A stretch of 64,000 nucleotides of DNA from an uncultured Bacilli bacterium (GCA_934183185.1 CAKPSO010000005.1:890-64889), one strand, 5' to 3'. Positions 27,984-39,981 are shown, counted from the stretch's first letter. Notes: generated by a model from the sequence alone, not told the origin. A program made the numbers and translations.

Positions 27984-28809
27984 TCGTAGCAAGATACAAA
28001 AATTAATTAAAGATGGTAGAATAACTCTTAATGGGAAACAAGTAAATGTTAGTGCTTTAGTTAAGTTAGGAGATATTATTACTGTTAGTGATAACTTAGA
28101 TTTTGAAATTAATATAACAGGAGAAGACATACCATTAGATATAGTTTATGAAGATAAGTATCTTTTAGTTATTAATAAACCTTCAGGTATGGTTGTTCAT
28201 CCTGCTCCAGGTAATTATCACGGTACTATGGTAAATGCTTTGATATATCGTTTTGAATTAAGTAGTAAGGATCCTATTAGACCAGGTATAGTTCATAGAA
28301 TAGATAAAGATACAAGTGGACTATTAGTTGTGGCTAAAGATGATTATACTCACGAATTACTTAGTGATATGATTAGTAAGAAGGAAGTAGAAAGAATATA
28401 TTATGCCTTGGTAGATGGAATTATTCCTCATGAAACTGGTACTATTGATGCTCCTATTGGAAGAGATCCTAATAATAGGCAGAAAATGAAAGTTACTGAT
28501 ATTAATAGTAAGAATGCTGTTACTCATTTTAGAGTGTTAAAGAGATATAGTACTAATCAAACACTAATTGAATGTAAGCTTGAAACTGGTAGGACACATC
28601 AAATTAGGGTTCATATGGCATATATTGGATATCCTATATATAATGATCCAGTTTATGGTAAAACTAAACATCCTAGTAGTTTTGGACAGTTCTTACATTC
28701 TAAAAGATTAAAGTTTATACATCCTATTACTCATGAATTATTAGAATTTGATACACCATTACCTGATGAATTTAAAAATTATTTAGATAAAATAGATGGA
28801 CTAAATTAG
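27916..28809 (+). CDS. rluD: RluA-family 23S rRNA pseudouridine synthase
   Basis: S4 domain plus HRIDKDTSGLLVVAK. lspA-rluD synteny. Confidence 0.88.
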   Translation: MEIEVKKENIRLDQYLVEELEISRSKIQKLIKDGRITLNGKQVNVSALVKLGDIITVSDNLDFEINITGEDIPLDIVYEDKYLLVINKPSGMVVHPAPGNYHGTMVNALIYRFELSSKDPIRPGIVHRIDKDTSGLLVVAKDDYTHELLSDMISKKEVERIYYALVDGIIPHETGTIDAPIGRDPNNRQKMKVTDINSKNAVTHFRVLKRYSTNQTLIECKLETGRTHQIRVHMAYIGYPIYNDPVYGKTKHPSSFGQFLHSKRLKFIHPITHELLEFDTPLPDEFKNYLDKIDGLN

Positions 28810-28858
28810 AAAACTAGTATATAATTTTCGCTGTACTTGTATATACGAGGAGGTTATT

Positions 28859-29998
28859 ATGAACGAAGAAACAATTAGTAGAAAAGATAGAATAACTATG
28901 AAATTATTACATTACTTTATTACTGAAAAGAATTATAGTCCTATTATCTTACAGGGTGTAGAGGATGAAATATGGCTAGAGAATTTAGATGCTCCTTATC
29001 GTATAGTTAGAATTGTATCTAATTATATTCATAATGATGAGCAGTTAAATTTTGATTTATTTAAAACTGGAAAAATAGTTAAGAAAATAAAGGGAAAGAT
29101 GTTTGCTTTTAAAGTAAAAGTATTAAATATTTATACTGATTTAGGTGATAATGTACATTTAGATAAAACTATTAATTATGATTCTATGTTTTTATATGAA
29201 GAGAATGATATAGATAAATATGAATTTATATTTAAGGCATTTCCAGATATTAAAGATAAGCTTGAATTTAATGAGACAGGGCTTGATTTATTTATTAAGA
29301 TTACTAATGATATTAACCAAAAAAATAAAGTTAATGCTGATCAGGCTAAAGATGTATTTGAAGCAAAGAAGCCTGTTGCTACATCTATTATAATAATAAT
29401 TAATCTTTTAATTTATTTTGGTTTTATGCTTATGGGTAATTATGATAGTATAGTTGATAGATTTTGTGTATATGGTCCTTTAATTAGGAGTGGTGAGTAT
29501 TATCGTTTATTAACTGGAATTTTCTTACACGGTAATATAATACATTTATTATTTAACTGTTATGCTTTATGGATTATAGGTACACAGGTAGAAAATTATA
29601 TGGGTAAATGGAAGTACATTATTATTTACTTGTTTTCCGGTATAATGGGCAGTTTATTCTCTATAACCTTCAGTAAATATGCTAGTATTGGAGCTAGTGG
29701 CGCTATTTTTGGACTTTTGGGTTGCATACTATATTTTGGATATCATTATCGTGTATATTTAGGTAGCGTTATTAAAAGCCAGATTATTCCTTTAATTGTA
29801 TTTAACTTAATGTTTGGTTTTATGCTTAGCGGTGTAGATAACTTTGCTCATGTTGGAGGTTTAATAGGTGGTGTTTTAATTACTATTGCGTTAGGGGTTA
29901 AGTATAAGAGTACTACTTTTGAAAAGACTAATGGTTTGATAGTAACATTATTATTAACATGCTTTATGATTTATATGGGAATATTACTTCCTCGTTAG
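28859..29998 (+). CDS. rhomboid family intramembrane serine protease
   Basis: FLHGNIIHLLFN, GASGAIFGLLG (catalytic Ser), AHVGGLIGG (catalytic His). Confidence 0.85.
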   Translation: MNEETISRKDRITMKLLHYFITEKNYSPIILQGVEDEIWLENLDAPYRIVRIVSNYIHNDEQLNFDLFKTGKIVKKIKGKMFAFKVKVLNIYTDLGDNVHLDKTINYDSMFLYEENDIDKYEFIFKAFPDIKDKLEFNETGLDLFIKITNDINQKNKVNADQAKDVFEAKKPVATSIIIIINLLIYFGFMLMGNYDSIVDRFCVYGPLIRSGEYYRLLTGIFLHGNIIHLLFNCYALWIIGTQVENYMGKWKYIIIYLFSGIMGSLFSITFSKYASIGASGAIFGLLGCILYFGYHYRVYLGSVIKSQIIPLIVFNLMFGFMLSGVDNFAHVGGLIGGVLITIALGVKYKSTTFEKTNGLIVTLLLTCFMIYMGILLPR

Positions 29999-30085
29999 AA
30001 ATTAGTTTGAAATATAACTAATTTTTTTCTGTTTAATTTTCATTTAATATTTCTCTAATACACTTTTATTAGAAAGGAGAAAAGT

Positions 30086-30585
30086 ATGTATGAAAATATC
30101 TTTAAAAGAGTAGAACAGAAATATCTTTTAACAGAAAAAGAATATAAACTACTATTTAAAAAATAAATAAATATTTGATAAATGATAAATATTTTAAAAG
30201 TACTATCTGTAATATCTATTTTGATACTGTTAATAATGATTTAATTATAAATTCATTAGAAAAACCAGTATTTAAGGAAAAATAAGACTTAGAAGTTATC
30301 AAGTACCTAATGATGACAGAAATAAAAGAAAAATATATGAAAGTAGTTGGTAAAGAAAGAATTAAGATTAAGTTGAAAGATTTTTATGATTACTTAGAGA
30401 CTAATAATTATGATAAAAGTAATCAGATTATGAATGAGATTAATTATTATTTTAAATATTATGGTTTGAAACCAGCTATTTATATTGCTTATGATCGCGT
30501 TAGTTACTGCAGTAATGATGATAAGGGATTACGAATTACTGTTGTTTCTAATCTTAGAAGTAGAAATAATAATTATTATGGTTAA
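30086..30585 (+). pseudogene. VTC-domain (polyphosphate-polymerase-like) gene, frameshifted and 3'-truncated
   Basis: MYENIFKRVEQKYLLTEKEYKLLFKK* continues in other frames: ...ICNIYFDTVNNDLIINSLEKPVFKEKIRLRSY... then ...EIKEKYMKVVGKERI.... At least two frameshifts. Confidence 0.7.
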
Positions 30586-31060
30586 TGGTAATTTAGGTAC
30601 ATCAGTAGCTATTATGGGGGTCTTTAGTTTAGTAAGATTTAGAAGTTTACCAGGAACAAGTAAAGAGATACTAAGTGTTTTCTTTGCTATTACTGTAGGA
30701 TTAGCTACAGGTATGGGATATTTATTATTTGTGTTAATTATAACTATTATGGGATGTTTCAGCTTATTAGTGTTTTCTAAAGTAAGTTTATTTGATCAGA
30801 ATAAAAAGAGCAAGTTATTAAAAATAACTATTTCTGAGAACTTAGATTATACAGAAGTATTTAATGATATTTTTACTAAGTATACAACAGAAGTTAAATT
30901 AGAACAGGTAAAAACGACTAATATGGGGAGTATGTTTGAGATTACTTATTGTATTAGTTTGAATGATGATATTAATGAAAAATTTATAGATGAGTTAAGA
31001 GTAAAAAATGGTAATTTAAAAATTATATTGACTCATCCATTAGAAGAAAGTGACTTGTAA
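30584..31060 (+). CDS. DUF4956-like membrane protein, N-terminally truncated
   Basis: MVNGNLGTSVAIMGVFSLVRFRS...GLATGMGY core. The usual first roughly 70 aa are missing. Usual partner of VTC genes. Confidence 0.55.
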   Translation, partial: NGNLGTSVAIMGVFSLVRFRSLPGTSKEILSVFFAITVGLATGMGYLLFVLIITIMGCFSLLVFSKVSLFDQNKKSKLLKITISENLDYTEVFNDIFTKYTTEVKLEQVKTTNMGSMFEITYCISLNDDINEKFIDELRVKNGNLKIILTHPLEESDL

Positions 31061-31356
31061 TGAAAAAGAAAAAGAAATTAATAATACTGTTTATCTTACT
31101 AGTAGTATTATTTATAGTTATATATTTAGTTTTAAATAAAAGTAATGATAGTGAAATTACTAAAATTACTGATATTGATGTAGAAGTAAAGTTAGATAAT
31201 AGTGATGAAGAAATAAATATAACTTTGGATGAAAATTCTAAAATTAAGTTAACTGGAGATAGCTATGTTACTAGTTTAGATGATAGTGATAGTACTTATA
31301 GTAATATTGATTTTAATGGATATAAATTATATGTAAATGGTAAAGCTATTAATTAA
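31060..31356 (+). CDS. small secreted or anchored hypothetical protein
   Basis: N-terminal TM/signal. 98 aa. Confidence 0.4.
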   Translation: MKKKKKLIILFILLVVLFIVIYLVLNKSNDSEITKITDIDVEVKLDNSDEEINITLDENSKIKLTGDSYVTSLDDSDSTYSNIDFNGYKLYVNGKAIN

Positions 31357-31460
31357 TTAGGAGACCTGATGGCCTCTTTTTGGTTAAATTAGTAAAAAAT
31401 ATTTTATCTATTACTTAAAACATGCTATACTAATATTAGAGAATATAAGGGAGGTATATT

Positions 31461-33674
31461 ATGGATTTTAATGATGAGTTATCACAGGAAGATAATCAAC
31501 AACATCAGAATCGTTTTATTTTTTCTAATGATTATTACGAGGATATGCCTCTAGAAGATGATAATCGTCTTGATGTAGCTAAGAAGGTAGAACCATTTAT
31601 TAGTAATTCTAGTAGTAGTGGAAGTAATATACCTATTCATCAAACTAATGATATGGATCAATTAGTACAGAATGAGTATAGTGATACTAATACTTTTGAT
31701 TTTTTTGGACATGATGCTAATACTAAAATACCAGATACTAAACCGGATGAAGTAAAAGTAGATAGTGTTCCAGAAGAAGATGTTGAATTAGAAAAAACAG
31801 TAGAACCTAAAAAAAGTACTTATCAGGAAGATTCATTCTTTAGTGCACTTGGAAATAGTATTATAAAAAAGAGGCCAGTTGTGGATGAAAATGTAGTACA
31901 TTTAGATAAACCTGAGGTTAAAGAAGATCCACTTAATATAGGTAGAGTTCCTGAAATGCCTGAGTATCATGATTTTACTCTTCAAGCAGATATTTCTCAA
32001 GATGTTGATCAGAGTAGTGATATTTCAGTTGAAAAAGTTGACACTACAGGAGTAGATAATAGTATTATTGATAATATAGTTGATTATCAAAGTAAGATAC
32101 CAGAAGCAGTAAATGATAAAAATAGTCAGTATATAATTGGTGGTGATACGCAGCCTAAAGAAGACAAAACTGCTATTACTAATTTTATGGATCAGAATCA
32201 AAAAGTTAGTAATTTATCTATAGATACTGGAGTAAACCAAGAGCTTGAACAACAACTAATTAAACAAAGAGAGTTAGAGGAAGAAGAAAGAAGAAAAAAT
32301 AATCCAGATTTACAGGATTATTTACACTATACACCTAAAGAAAGTGAAATGGAAACATTATATAGAGCTGGTGGTAAAAGTATTACTAGGGAGAAGAAAA
32401 ATAAAATTCCTACTATTTCTCCAATGTTTGAAAAGAAATTAGTAAATCAAGAATCAGTAGTCCAAAATCAACCTCAAGTAGTTAATATTGATGAGGAGAT
32501 CAAAAATAAACCTCAGAATATTGATGAGATGATAGAAGATATTTTAAATGTACCTAATTTAAGTAATATGGTAGTACCAATTAATCAGGCTGAAAATCCA
32601 GGAGTATCTTTTGGTAGTATGGAACCTGTAGAAAAGAAAGATGAAGTAAAAGAGGGTGAACCTACTACGGTTTATGATGAGAAAAAGGATAACTTTGATT
32701 ATGATCAAAACTTTGATAATGTTGTGGTTAAAAAATCAGATTTACTTGATAAATTGAAAGAACAAGCTGATAAAGATGGTAGAATTAGTATTTTAGCTCG
32801 CTATGGTGAGGACTTCTGCAGTAGAGATTATGTTACTAATCCAGCTATTGGTAGAGCTGAGGAGATAAAACAGCTAATATTAATATTACTTACACCTGAA
32901 AAATCTGGTATATTAATTGGTAAACCTGGTATAGGTAAGACTAGTATAGTCGAAGGGTTAGCTTATCAATTACAGAGAGATAATGTTCCTGATGCTTTAA
33001 AAGGTTACGTTATAGTTAGTGTTAAAACAGCTTCATTACTTGGAACATTACCTACTGGTGAGACTAGACTTCAAACCTTAGTAGATGAGTTGAAACAATT
33101 AGATAAAATTATTTTATTTATAGATGAAGTACATATGTTAATTGGGGCTACTAATGATTCTGCTTTGGACTTTGCTAATATGTTTAAGGAAAGTCTTGGA
33201 CGTGGTAGTATTAAGGTAATAGGAGCAACTACTACTGAGGAGTATGAAAGATACATATTACGTGATAAAGCATTCGTTAGACGTTTTCAAAAAGTAGAAG
33301 TTCAGGAACCAAATCGAGAGCAAACTATTAAAATATTAATCGGAACATTACCAAAAATCGAAAAATCTACAGGTGCCAAGTTAAAATATACACAATTTAT
33401 TCAATCAGAAATTATGGCATTTATTGTGGACATAACTACTGAATATAAGAGAATATATGGTATTGGTTCACGTTATCCTGATATATGTTTAACATTACTT
33501 GCTCAAGCTTTTTCACAGGCTGTGTTTGCTAATAGAAAAGAAGTGACTATTATCGATATTCGTAGAGCTATAGAAAATTCTAAGAATATTTATCCAGATG
33601 TTATAAAGAAAGAACTTGTTAACTTTGATAAGAAGTTTAAAGATATTATTCAGGAAGAAGAAAGCCAAAAATAA
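31461..33674 (+). CDS. AAA+ ATPase with a single ClpA/ClpB D1-like module and a roughly 440-aa disordered N-region
   Basis: NPAIGRAEEIKQLI, Walker A GKPGIGKTS, Walker B ILFIDEVH, VIGATTTEEY, VRRFQKVEV. Confidence 0.7.
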   Translation: MDFNDELSQEDNQQHQNRFIFSNDYYEDMPLEDDNRLDVAKKVEPFISNSSSSGSNIPIHQTNDMDQLVQNEYSDTNTFDFFGHDANTKIPDTKPDEVKVDSVPEEDVELEKTVEPKKSTYQEDSFFSALGNSIIKKRPVVDENVVHLDKPEVKEDPLNIGRVPEMPEYHDFTLQADISQDVDQSSDISVEKVDTTGVDNSIIDNIVDYQSKIPEAVNDKNSQYIIGGDTQPKEDKTAITNFMDQNQKVSNLSIDTGVNQELEQQLIKQRELEEEERRKNNPDLQDYLHYTPKESEMETLYRAGGKSITREKKNKIPTISPMFEKKLVNQESVVQNQPQVVNIDEEIKNKPQNIDEMIEDILNVPNLSNMVVPINQAENPGVSFGSMEPVEKKDEVKEGEPTTVYDEKKDNFDYDQNFDNVVVKKSDLLDKLKEQADKDGRISILARYGEDFCSRDYVTNPAIGRAEEIKQLILILLTPEKSGILIGKPGIGKTSIVEGLAYQLQRDNVPDALKGYVIVSVKTASLLGTLPTGETRLQTLVDELKQLDKIILFIDEVHMLIGATNDSALDFANMFKESLGRGSIKVIGATTTEEYERYILRDKAFVRRFQKVEVQEPNREQTIKILIGTLPKIEKSTGAKLKYTQFIQSEIMAFIVDITTEYKRIYGIGSRYPDICLTLLAQAFSQAVFANRKEVTIIDIRRAIENSKNIYPDVIKKELVNFDKKFKDIIQEEESQK

Positions 33675-33700
33675 AAAAATCCTCAAAATTTGGGGATTTT

Positions 33701-34267
33701 TTACTTTGCTTGTGGTAGATTTGATAGATAGTATTCATACAATTCTTTAAAACGATTAAAGTGTACTATTTCTCTTTGTCTTAACCATAGTAATGGACCA
33801 ATTACATCTGGATCATCCGTTAAATCTATTAAGTGTTCATATACAGCACGGGCTTTTTGTTCAGCAGCCATGTCTTCTGATAAGTCAGCTATTGGATCTC
33901 CTGTAGTAGCAAAGTAAGCTACAGTAAATGGAACACCATTGGAGTCAGTTGGATATAATGCAGAATCATGTTCAGCATAGTGTGTATCTAAGCCAGCAGC
34001 TTTAATTTCTTCCATTGAAGCCCCTTGCATTAATTGATATACCATTGTACATATCATTTCAATATGAGCTAATTCTTCGGTTCCAATATCTGTAAGTAGT
34101 GCTTTGCCACGATTATCTGGCATAGTATATCTTTGGTTTAAATAACGTAGAGCAGCAGCCATTTCTCCATTTGCTCCACCGTATTGAGTAATTAAATAAC
34201 GAGCCATTCGTAGATCTTTTTTCTTTATTGAAATCGGATACTGTAATCTTTTTTCATATTTCCACAT
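33701..34267 (-). CDS. cotJC: spore coat protein CotJC (manganese-catalase family)
   Basis: MWKYEKRLQYP...YGGANGEMAAALRYLNQRY...EELAHIEM. Confidence 0.9.
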   Translation of the reverse strand: MWKYEKRLQYPISIKKKDLRMARYLITQYGGANGEMAAALRYLNQRYTMPDNRGKALLTDIGTEELAHIEMICTMVYQLMQGASMEEIKAAGLDTHYAEHDSALYPTDSNGVPFTVAYFATTGDPIADLSEDMAAEQKARAVYEHLIDLTDDPDVIGPLLWLRQREIVHFNRFKELYEYYLSNLPQAK

Positions 34268-34269
34268 TT

Positions 34270-34710
34270 TTAGTTTTCCTCCATTTCCCATGGCCAACTG
34301 TAAGCTTCCCAACTAAAAGTACTATTATTAGATGGAGTATTTACTGATAGTGGACCATATTTACTTTCATATCTTTTAATAGCCTCATCTGCCATACTTT
34401 GATATCTGTTAAATAACCCAATCATATTAGTATCATCTGGATATACATCAAGATATAAATTTAGTTCATGAGCAGCAAAACTTAGTTGATCAACATTAAG
34501 TAATAATTCAGCTTGCTCATTATTTGGTATTAATCTAGTAGGTCTATAATTTTTATACTGCTGGTATAAGTTATTAAATAAATTACCCTTAATAAAACCA
34601 TCGTATGGTTCAGCTAACATTTGATTATTAGTTACTTGGTTTTCACGATTTAAAAATATATTATTATGTGGATTCATATCTTGATAACCATAATTAAAAT
34701 TATTATTCAT
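34270..34710 (-). CDS. cotJB: spore coat protein CotJB with extended N-region
   Basis: LLNVDQLSFAAHELNLYLDVYPDD...YESKYGPL. GAGGAGAG RBS before ATG 34710. Confidence 0.8.
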   Translation of the reverse strand: MNNNFNYGYQDMNPHNNIFLNRENQVTNNQMLAEPYDGFIKGNLFNNLYQQYKNYRPTRLIPNNEQAELLLNVDQLSFAAHELNLYLDVYPDDTNMIGLFNRYQSMADEAIKRYESKYGPLSVNTPSNNSTFSWEAYSWPWEMEEN

Positions 34711-34843
34711 AAAATCTCTCCTCAACATAATGTATGACATACACATATTCTTGTATAGGCAAAATCCCAAAAATAAAAGATGTTTATTGTATTAGAAAGC
34801 ATTATTTGGTATAATGATATATATAAATGAAGGAGAGTTATGT

Positions 34844-35950
34844 ATGAAAGATTTTATTAATGATATAGGTAAGAAAAAATTATTAATAATACTTGGTAGT
34901 ATAGTAGGAGCTATTGTGTTAATAATTATTATTCTGCTTTTATATAATGCTTTTTTTAAGAAGAATAGTTATAGCTCAGTTGAAGATAAGGTACTACAAG
35001 CAGCTAAGGAATATTATTCAGATAATGCTAATTTATTACCTAAAAATATTAATGATGAGGTAAGTATTAATAGTACTACTTTAACTTCTGGTGACTATTT
35101 AAAAAGTTTAGATGAATTAGTGCCAGATAAAAATGTTAATTGTACCGCAACAGTAACAGTTACTAAGATAAGTGATAGTTATAGATATGTTTCTAAGTTA
35201 AAGTGTGGAGAAAAGTATGAGACTAAGACTATAGCTGATTATATTAAGAGTACTGATGGGACAGTTATATCAGGTCAAGGATTATATGAAATGAATGGAG
35301 ATTTAGTATATCGTGGTGATAATCCTAATAATAATATTAGTTTTGCTGGTAAGAAATGGAATATAGTTAAGATTGAAAATGGACAGTTAGAATTGATTTT
35401 AAATGAGAAATCAACTAGAGTTACTTGGGATGATCGTTTCAATGTTGAACGTAATCAAGATGATGGTATAAATAATTATTCTGTTAGTAGAGCTAATGAT
35501 TATTTGACTAACTTATATAATAGTGATGAGTTAATAAAGAGTGATGATAAGCTTGTGGTTACTGCTCATAATTTATATATTGGTAAAAGAAGCATTGATG
35601 TTTCTTATAATGATGGTTCTATAGAAAAATCAGAAACATTAGAGAATAAATATATTGGATTTTTGCCATTATTTGATTATATTAATGCTAGTTTAGATAG
35701 TAATTGTCTTTCTGCTTCAACACAGTCATGTGCTAATTATAATTATTTGGGTAGTGTTGGATATAATTGGTGGACTATGACGGGTGATTCTGATACTACT
35801 CATAAAGTTTATAGAATTAATACTGATGGTAAAATATCATTATCTAGAGCTTCTACTACTGTATATGCTAGGCCAGTAATTTATTTGGCTAAGGATGCTG
35901 TTTATGTAAAGGGTAATGGTACAACTTCTAATCCTTATGTAGTTAAGTAA
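34844..35950 (+). CDS. membrane-anchored protein with the same beta-rich head as ORF 15867-17330
   Basis: GLYEMNGDLVYRGDNPNNNISFAGKKWNIVKIENG...YNWWTMTGDSD...ARPVIYLAKDAVYVKGNGTTSNPYVV. Confidence 0.65.
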   Translation: MKDFINDIGKKKLLIILGSIVGAIVLIIIILLLYNAFFKKNSYSSVEDKVLQAAKEYYSDNANLLPKNINDEVSINSTTLTSGDYLKSLDELVPDKNVNCTATVTVTKISDSYRYVSKLKCGEKYETKTIADYIKSTDGTVISGQGLYEMNGDLVYRGDNPNNNISFAGKKWNIVKIENGQLELILNEKSTRVTWDDRFNVERNQDDGINNYSVSRANDYLTNLYNSDELIKSDDKLVVTAHNLYIGKRSIDVSYNDGSIEKSETLENKYIGFLPLFDYINASLDSNCLSASTQSCANYNYLGSVGYNWWTMTGDSDTTHKVYRINTDGKISLSRASTTVYARPVIYLAKDAVYVKGNGTTSNPYVVK

Positions 35951-36038
35951 TATAATTTAAGTTTTTAACGAAAATAGACTAGACAAAATACACTTTTATT
36001 GATAGAATAAGAGTGTATTTTTTATTAAATACAAATTT

Positions 36039-36115
36039 GGCGGTATTGGTGAAGTGGTTAACACGCCGGATTGTGGCTCCGGTATGCAAGGGTTCGATCC
36101 CCTTATTCCGCCCCA
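36039..36115 (+). tRNA. tRNA-His (GTG)
   Basis: Extra G-1 paired to discriminator C. Loop TTGTGGC. CCA encoded. Confidence 0.88.
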
Positions 36116-36157
36116 TTTTGAAATTTACGCACACCTTTGTGTGTTAAATAAGTAAAA

Positions 36158-36188
36158 GTTCGTAATACTTGGTATTATGGACTTTTTT
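36158..36188 (+). terminator. intrinsic terminator after tRNA-His
   Basis: 11-bp stem GTTCGTAATAC / GTATTATGGAC (two G-U pairs) plus T6. Confidence 0.6.
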
Positions 36189-36212
36189 CTTTGCGAAGGT
36201 GGTGAATAATAA

Positions 36213-36503
36213 ATGAATGTGTCCATAGAAACTTTAGAATTTCCTTTGTGTATAAAAAATAAAATATTAAGGATTAAAGATATTACTAAACTAAACATAG
36301 GATATATATCAGGTAAGAACATAATCTTTAAAAACACTAATTTAGGGTTATTTGAGCCACATAAAGTTATTATTAGTAATAATTATAACGGAATAGTATT
36401 ACTTTGTTATAATGAGGATACAACGCTTTATAGGGATGATTTAAGTACAATTACAATAAATGAGATAACAGATATAATTAAGGTGTTATTAGAAAAAAAT
36501 TAA
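36213..36503 (+). CDS. hypothetical small protein, paralogue of 58217-58492
   Basis: Shared TNL..(F/I)EPH(K/R)VII core and the same position (tRNA - terminator - this ORF - recombinase). Confidence 0.5.
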   Translation: MNVSIETLEFPLCIKNKILRIKDITKLNIGYISGKNIIFKNTNLGLFEPHKVIISNNYNGIVLLCYNEDTTLYRDDLSTITINEITDIIKVLLEKN

Positions 36504-36714
36504 AAAAATTTTAAAATTTATTTTTTCCTTTATTTATAAGGACTTAACGACAATTTTTGGGTATGATTTTCAAAAAAGTGGCCGTTGCATGTCCTAAAAA
36601 AATGTGGTATATATGGTAATATACGACAATTGTAGATAGTTGTATATTTATGTAGTTTGGTAGTTCTAACACAAGGGAAATTCTCTTGTGTTTTTTTGTC
36701 GTTAAAAAATATAG

Positions 36715-38199
<1,485 letters not shown>

Positions 38200-38202
38200 T
38201 AT

Positions 38203-38466
38203 ATGTTTAGAGAAAATTGTTTTGATTTAGTAATTAATTCTAATGATAAAAATATAATATTATCTAATTATCAATCTAATGAAGATATAGAAAATTATAC
38301 AAAATCATTAAGCGAATTTTATAAGATAAATCAAAGAAATTTAAATATTAATTCACTTAATTTAGAAGAATTAAATAAAGATAATAATTTATTACAGATA
38401 ATTCCTAATAAAAAAGATAAGAGATTTGATAAAGAAACTCTAACATTATTATCAATTAATGCTTAA
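38203..38466 (+). CDS. hypothetical protein
   Basis: Asn-rich 87 aa. No motif. Confidence 0.35.
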   Translation: MFRENCFDLVINSNDKNIILSNYQSNEDIENYTKSLSEFYKINQRNLNINSLNLEELNKDNNLLQIIPNKKDKRFDKETLTLLSINA

Positions 38467-38489
38467 AATATGGTAAAATATTAAGTGAA

Positions 38490-39311
38490 ATGGAGATGAT
38501 TTTTTTGCAAAAATTAATAATGATTGGAACAGGACATGGATTTGTATTTGATTGCTATAATACATGTTTTCTAATGCAAAATGATGATAAGTATTTTCTA
38601 ATTGATACAGGAGGAAGCGCTCATATTGTTCAGAATTTACAAAAGCTAAATATAAATCTTGGTCAAATTCATGATATATTTATCTCTCATTGTCATACTG
38701 ATCATATACTTGGGTTATTTTGGATTTTAAAAAGATTAGCTGGGATGATACGTTCTGGAGAATATGAAGGCTCTTTAAATATATATTGTAATGATGAAGT
38801 AGCAAATTCAATAAGGAACATTTATCCTAATTTATTTCCTAATTTATATGTTGATTTGATCACTAAATATTTAAATATTGTTATTTTAAATGATAATGAA
38901 ACGAAAAATATTGCTGGCAAAGATTATACTTTTTTTGATGTAAAGGCAAGAAAAAATAAATTATATGGGCTCGAAACAAAATTAGATAATAATAAAAAAC
39001 TTGTTTTTCTTGGTGATGAAACTTGCAATCCAGAAATTTATGATAAAATAAAAAACTGTGATTATGTAATGCATGAAGCCTTTTGTTTAGACAGTGAACA
39101 AGATATTTTTAACCCTTATGAAAAACACCATTCTACTGTAAAATCAGTGTGTGAAAATTTTAAAGATTTTAATATAAAAAACTTAATATTATTTCATACT
39201 GAAGATACGCATCTAAATAATAGAAAAGAATTATATTTAAACGAGGGCAAACAGTATTATTCTAATAATATTTTAATACCTGATGATTTAGAAACAATAG
39301 AATTAAATTAG
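38490..39311 (+). CDS. MBL-fold metallo-hydrolase
   Basis: HxHxDH motif (ISHCHTDH), with later H and D ligands. Confidence 0.75.
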   Translation: MEMIFLQKLIMIGTGHGFVFDCYNTCFLMQNDDKYFLIDTGGSAHIVQNLQKLNINLGQIHDIFISHCHTDHILGLFWILKRLAGMIRSGEYEGSLNIYCNDEVANSIRNIYPNLFPNLYVDLITKYLNIVILNDNETKNIAGKDYTFFDVKARKNKLYGLETKLDNNKKLVFLGDETCNPEIYDKIKNCDYVMHEAFCLDSEQDIFNPYEKHHSTVKSVCENFKDFNIKNLILFHTEDTHLNNRKELYLNEGKQYYSNNILIPDDLETIELN

Positions 39312-39326
39312 AAAGGAGATCTTTAA

Positions 39327-39965
39327 ATGGAAGAAATTAAATTATCTCAAATTGATGATAGTGAGTTAACAGATGAACAAATTGATAATATTGTTTATTC
39401 AAATATTGATGATGATAAACTACCATCAGAATACGCTCTCGTTTTTGGAAATAGTATGTTGATTAAAGAAAGAGTAAATACTTCTGTAGATGCCTATAAA
39501 AGAGGTAGAATTAAAAAAATAATATTCATGGGTGGAGCTAACGGGGTTAGTAACCAAAATAATTCTATTATTCCAGAAGCAATAAAAATGAAAGAATTAG
39601 CAGTATCTTTAGGTGTAAATGAAGATGATATATTAATAGATGATGCTTCAAATAATAGTTTTGAAAATGTAGAAAATGCAATGAAATTATTACCAAATGA
39701 TGTTAATCATATTTCTATTATTACAAGTGAATTTCATTTAAAAAGATGTTACGCAATATTAAAGAAGAATCATCCAAATATTTCAGTTACAATGATTTCC
39801 TCAAAAGATGGTTTTTCTGATCGTGATAATTGGTTTTTATCAGATAATTCATGGAATTCTGGAAGAAGTCTTGCAACTTATGAAGCTCATTTATTAGTAA
39901 AATATGCTAAAGAAAATAAAATTTATGATTTAGAAATAAAAGAATTTAATCAAAAATTAATATAA
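39327..39965 (+). CDS. YdcF/DUF218 family protein
   Basis: ALVFGNS...RIKKIIFMGG...IITSEFHLKRC. Confidence 0.7.
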   Translation: MEEIKLSQIDDSELTDEQIDNIVYSNIDDDKLPSEYALVFGNSMLIKERVNTSVDAYKRGRIKKIIFMGGANGVSNQNNSIIPEAIKMKELAVSLGVNEDDILIDDASNNSFENVENAMKLLPNDVNHISIITSEFHLKRCYAILKKNHPNISVTMISSKDGFSDRDNWFLSDNSWNSGRSLATYEAHLLVKYAKENKIYDLEIKEFNQKLI

Positions 39966-39981
39966 TAAAGGAGAAATAAAT

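Noticed and set aside
30485-30583. Upstream extension of the DUF4956 ORF (track start 30485)
   Set aside because: This part overlaps the last frame of the VTC pseudogene and has no DUF4956-like sequence. The family-like sequence begins at MVNGNLG (30584).
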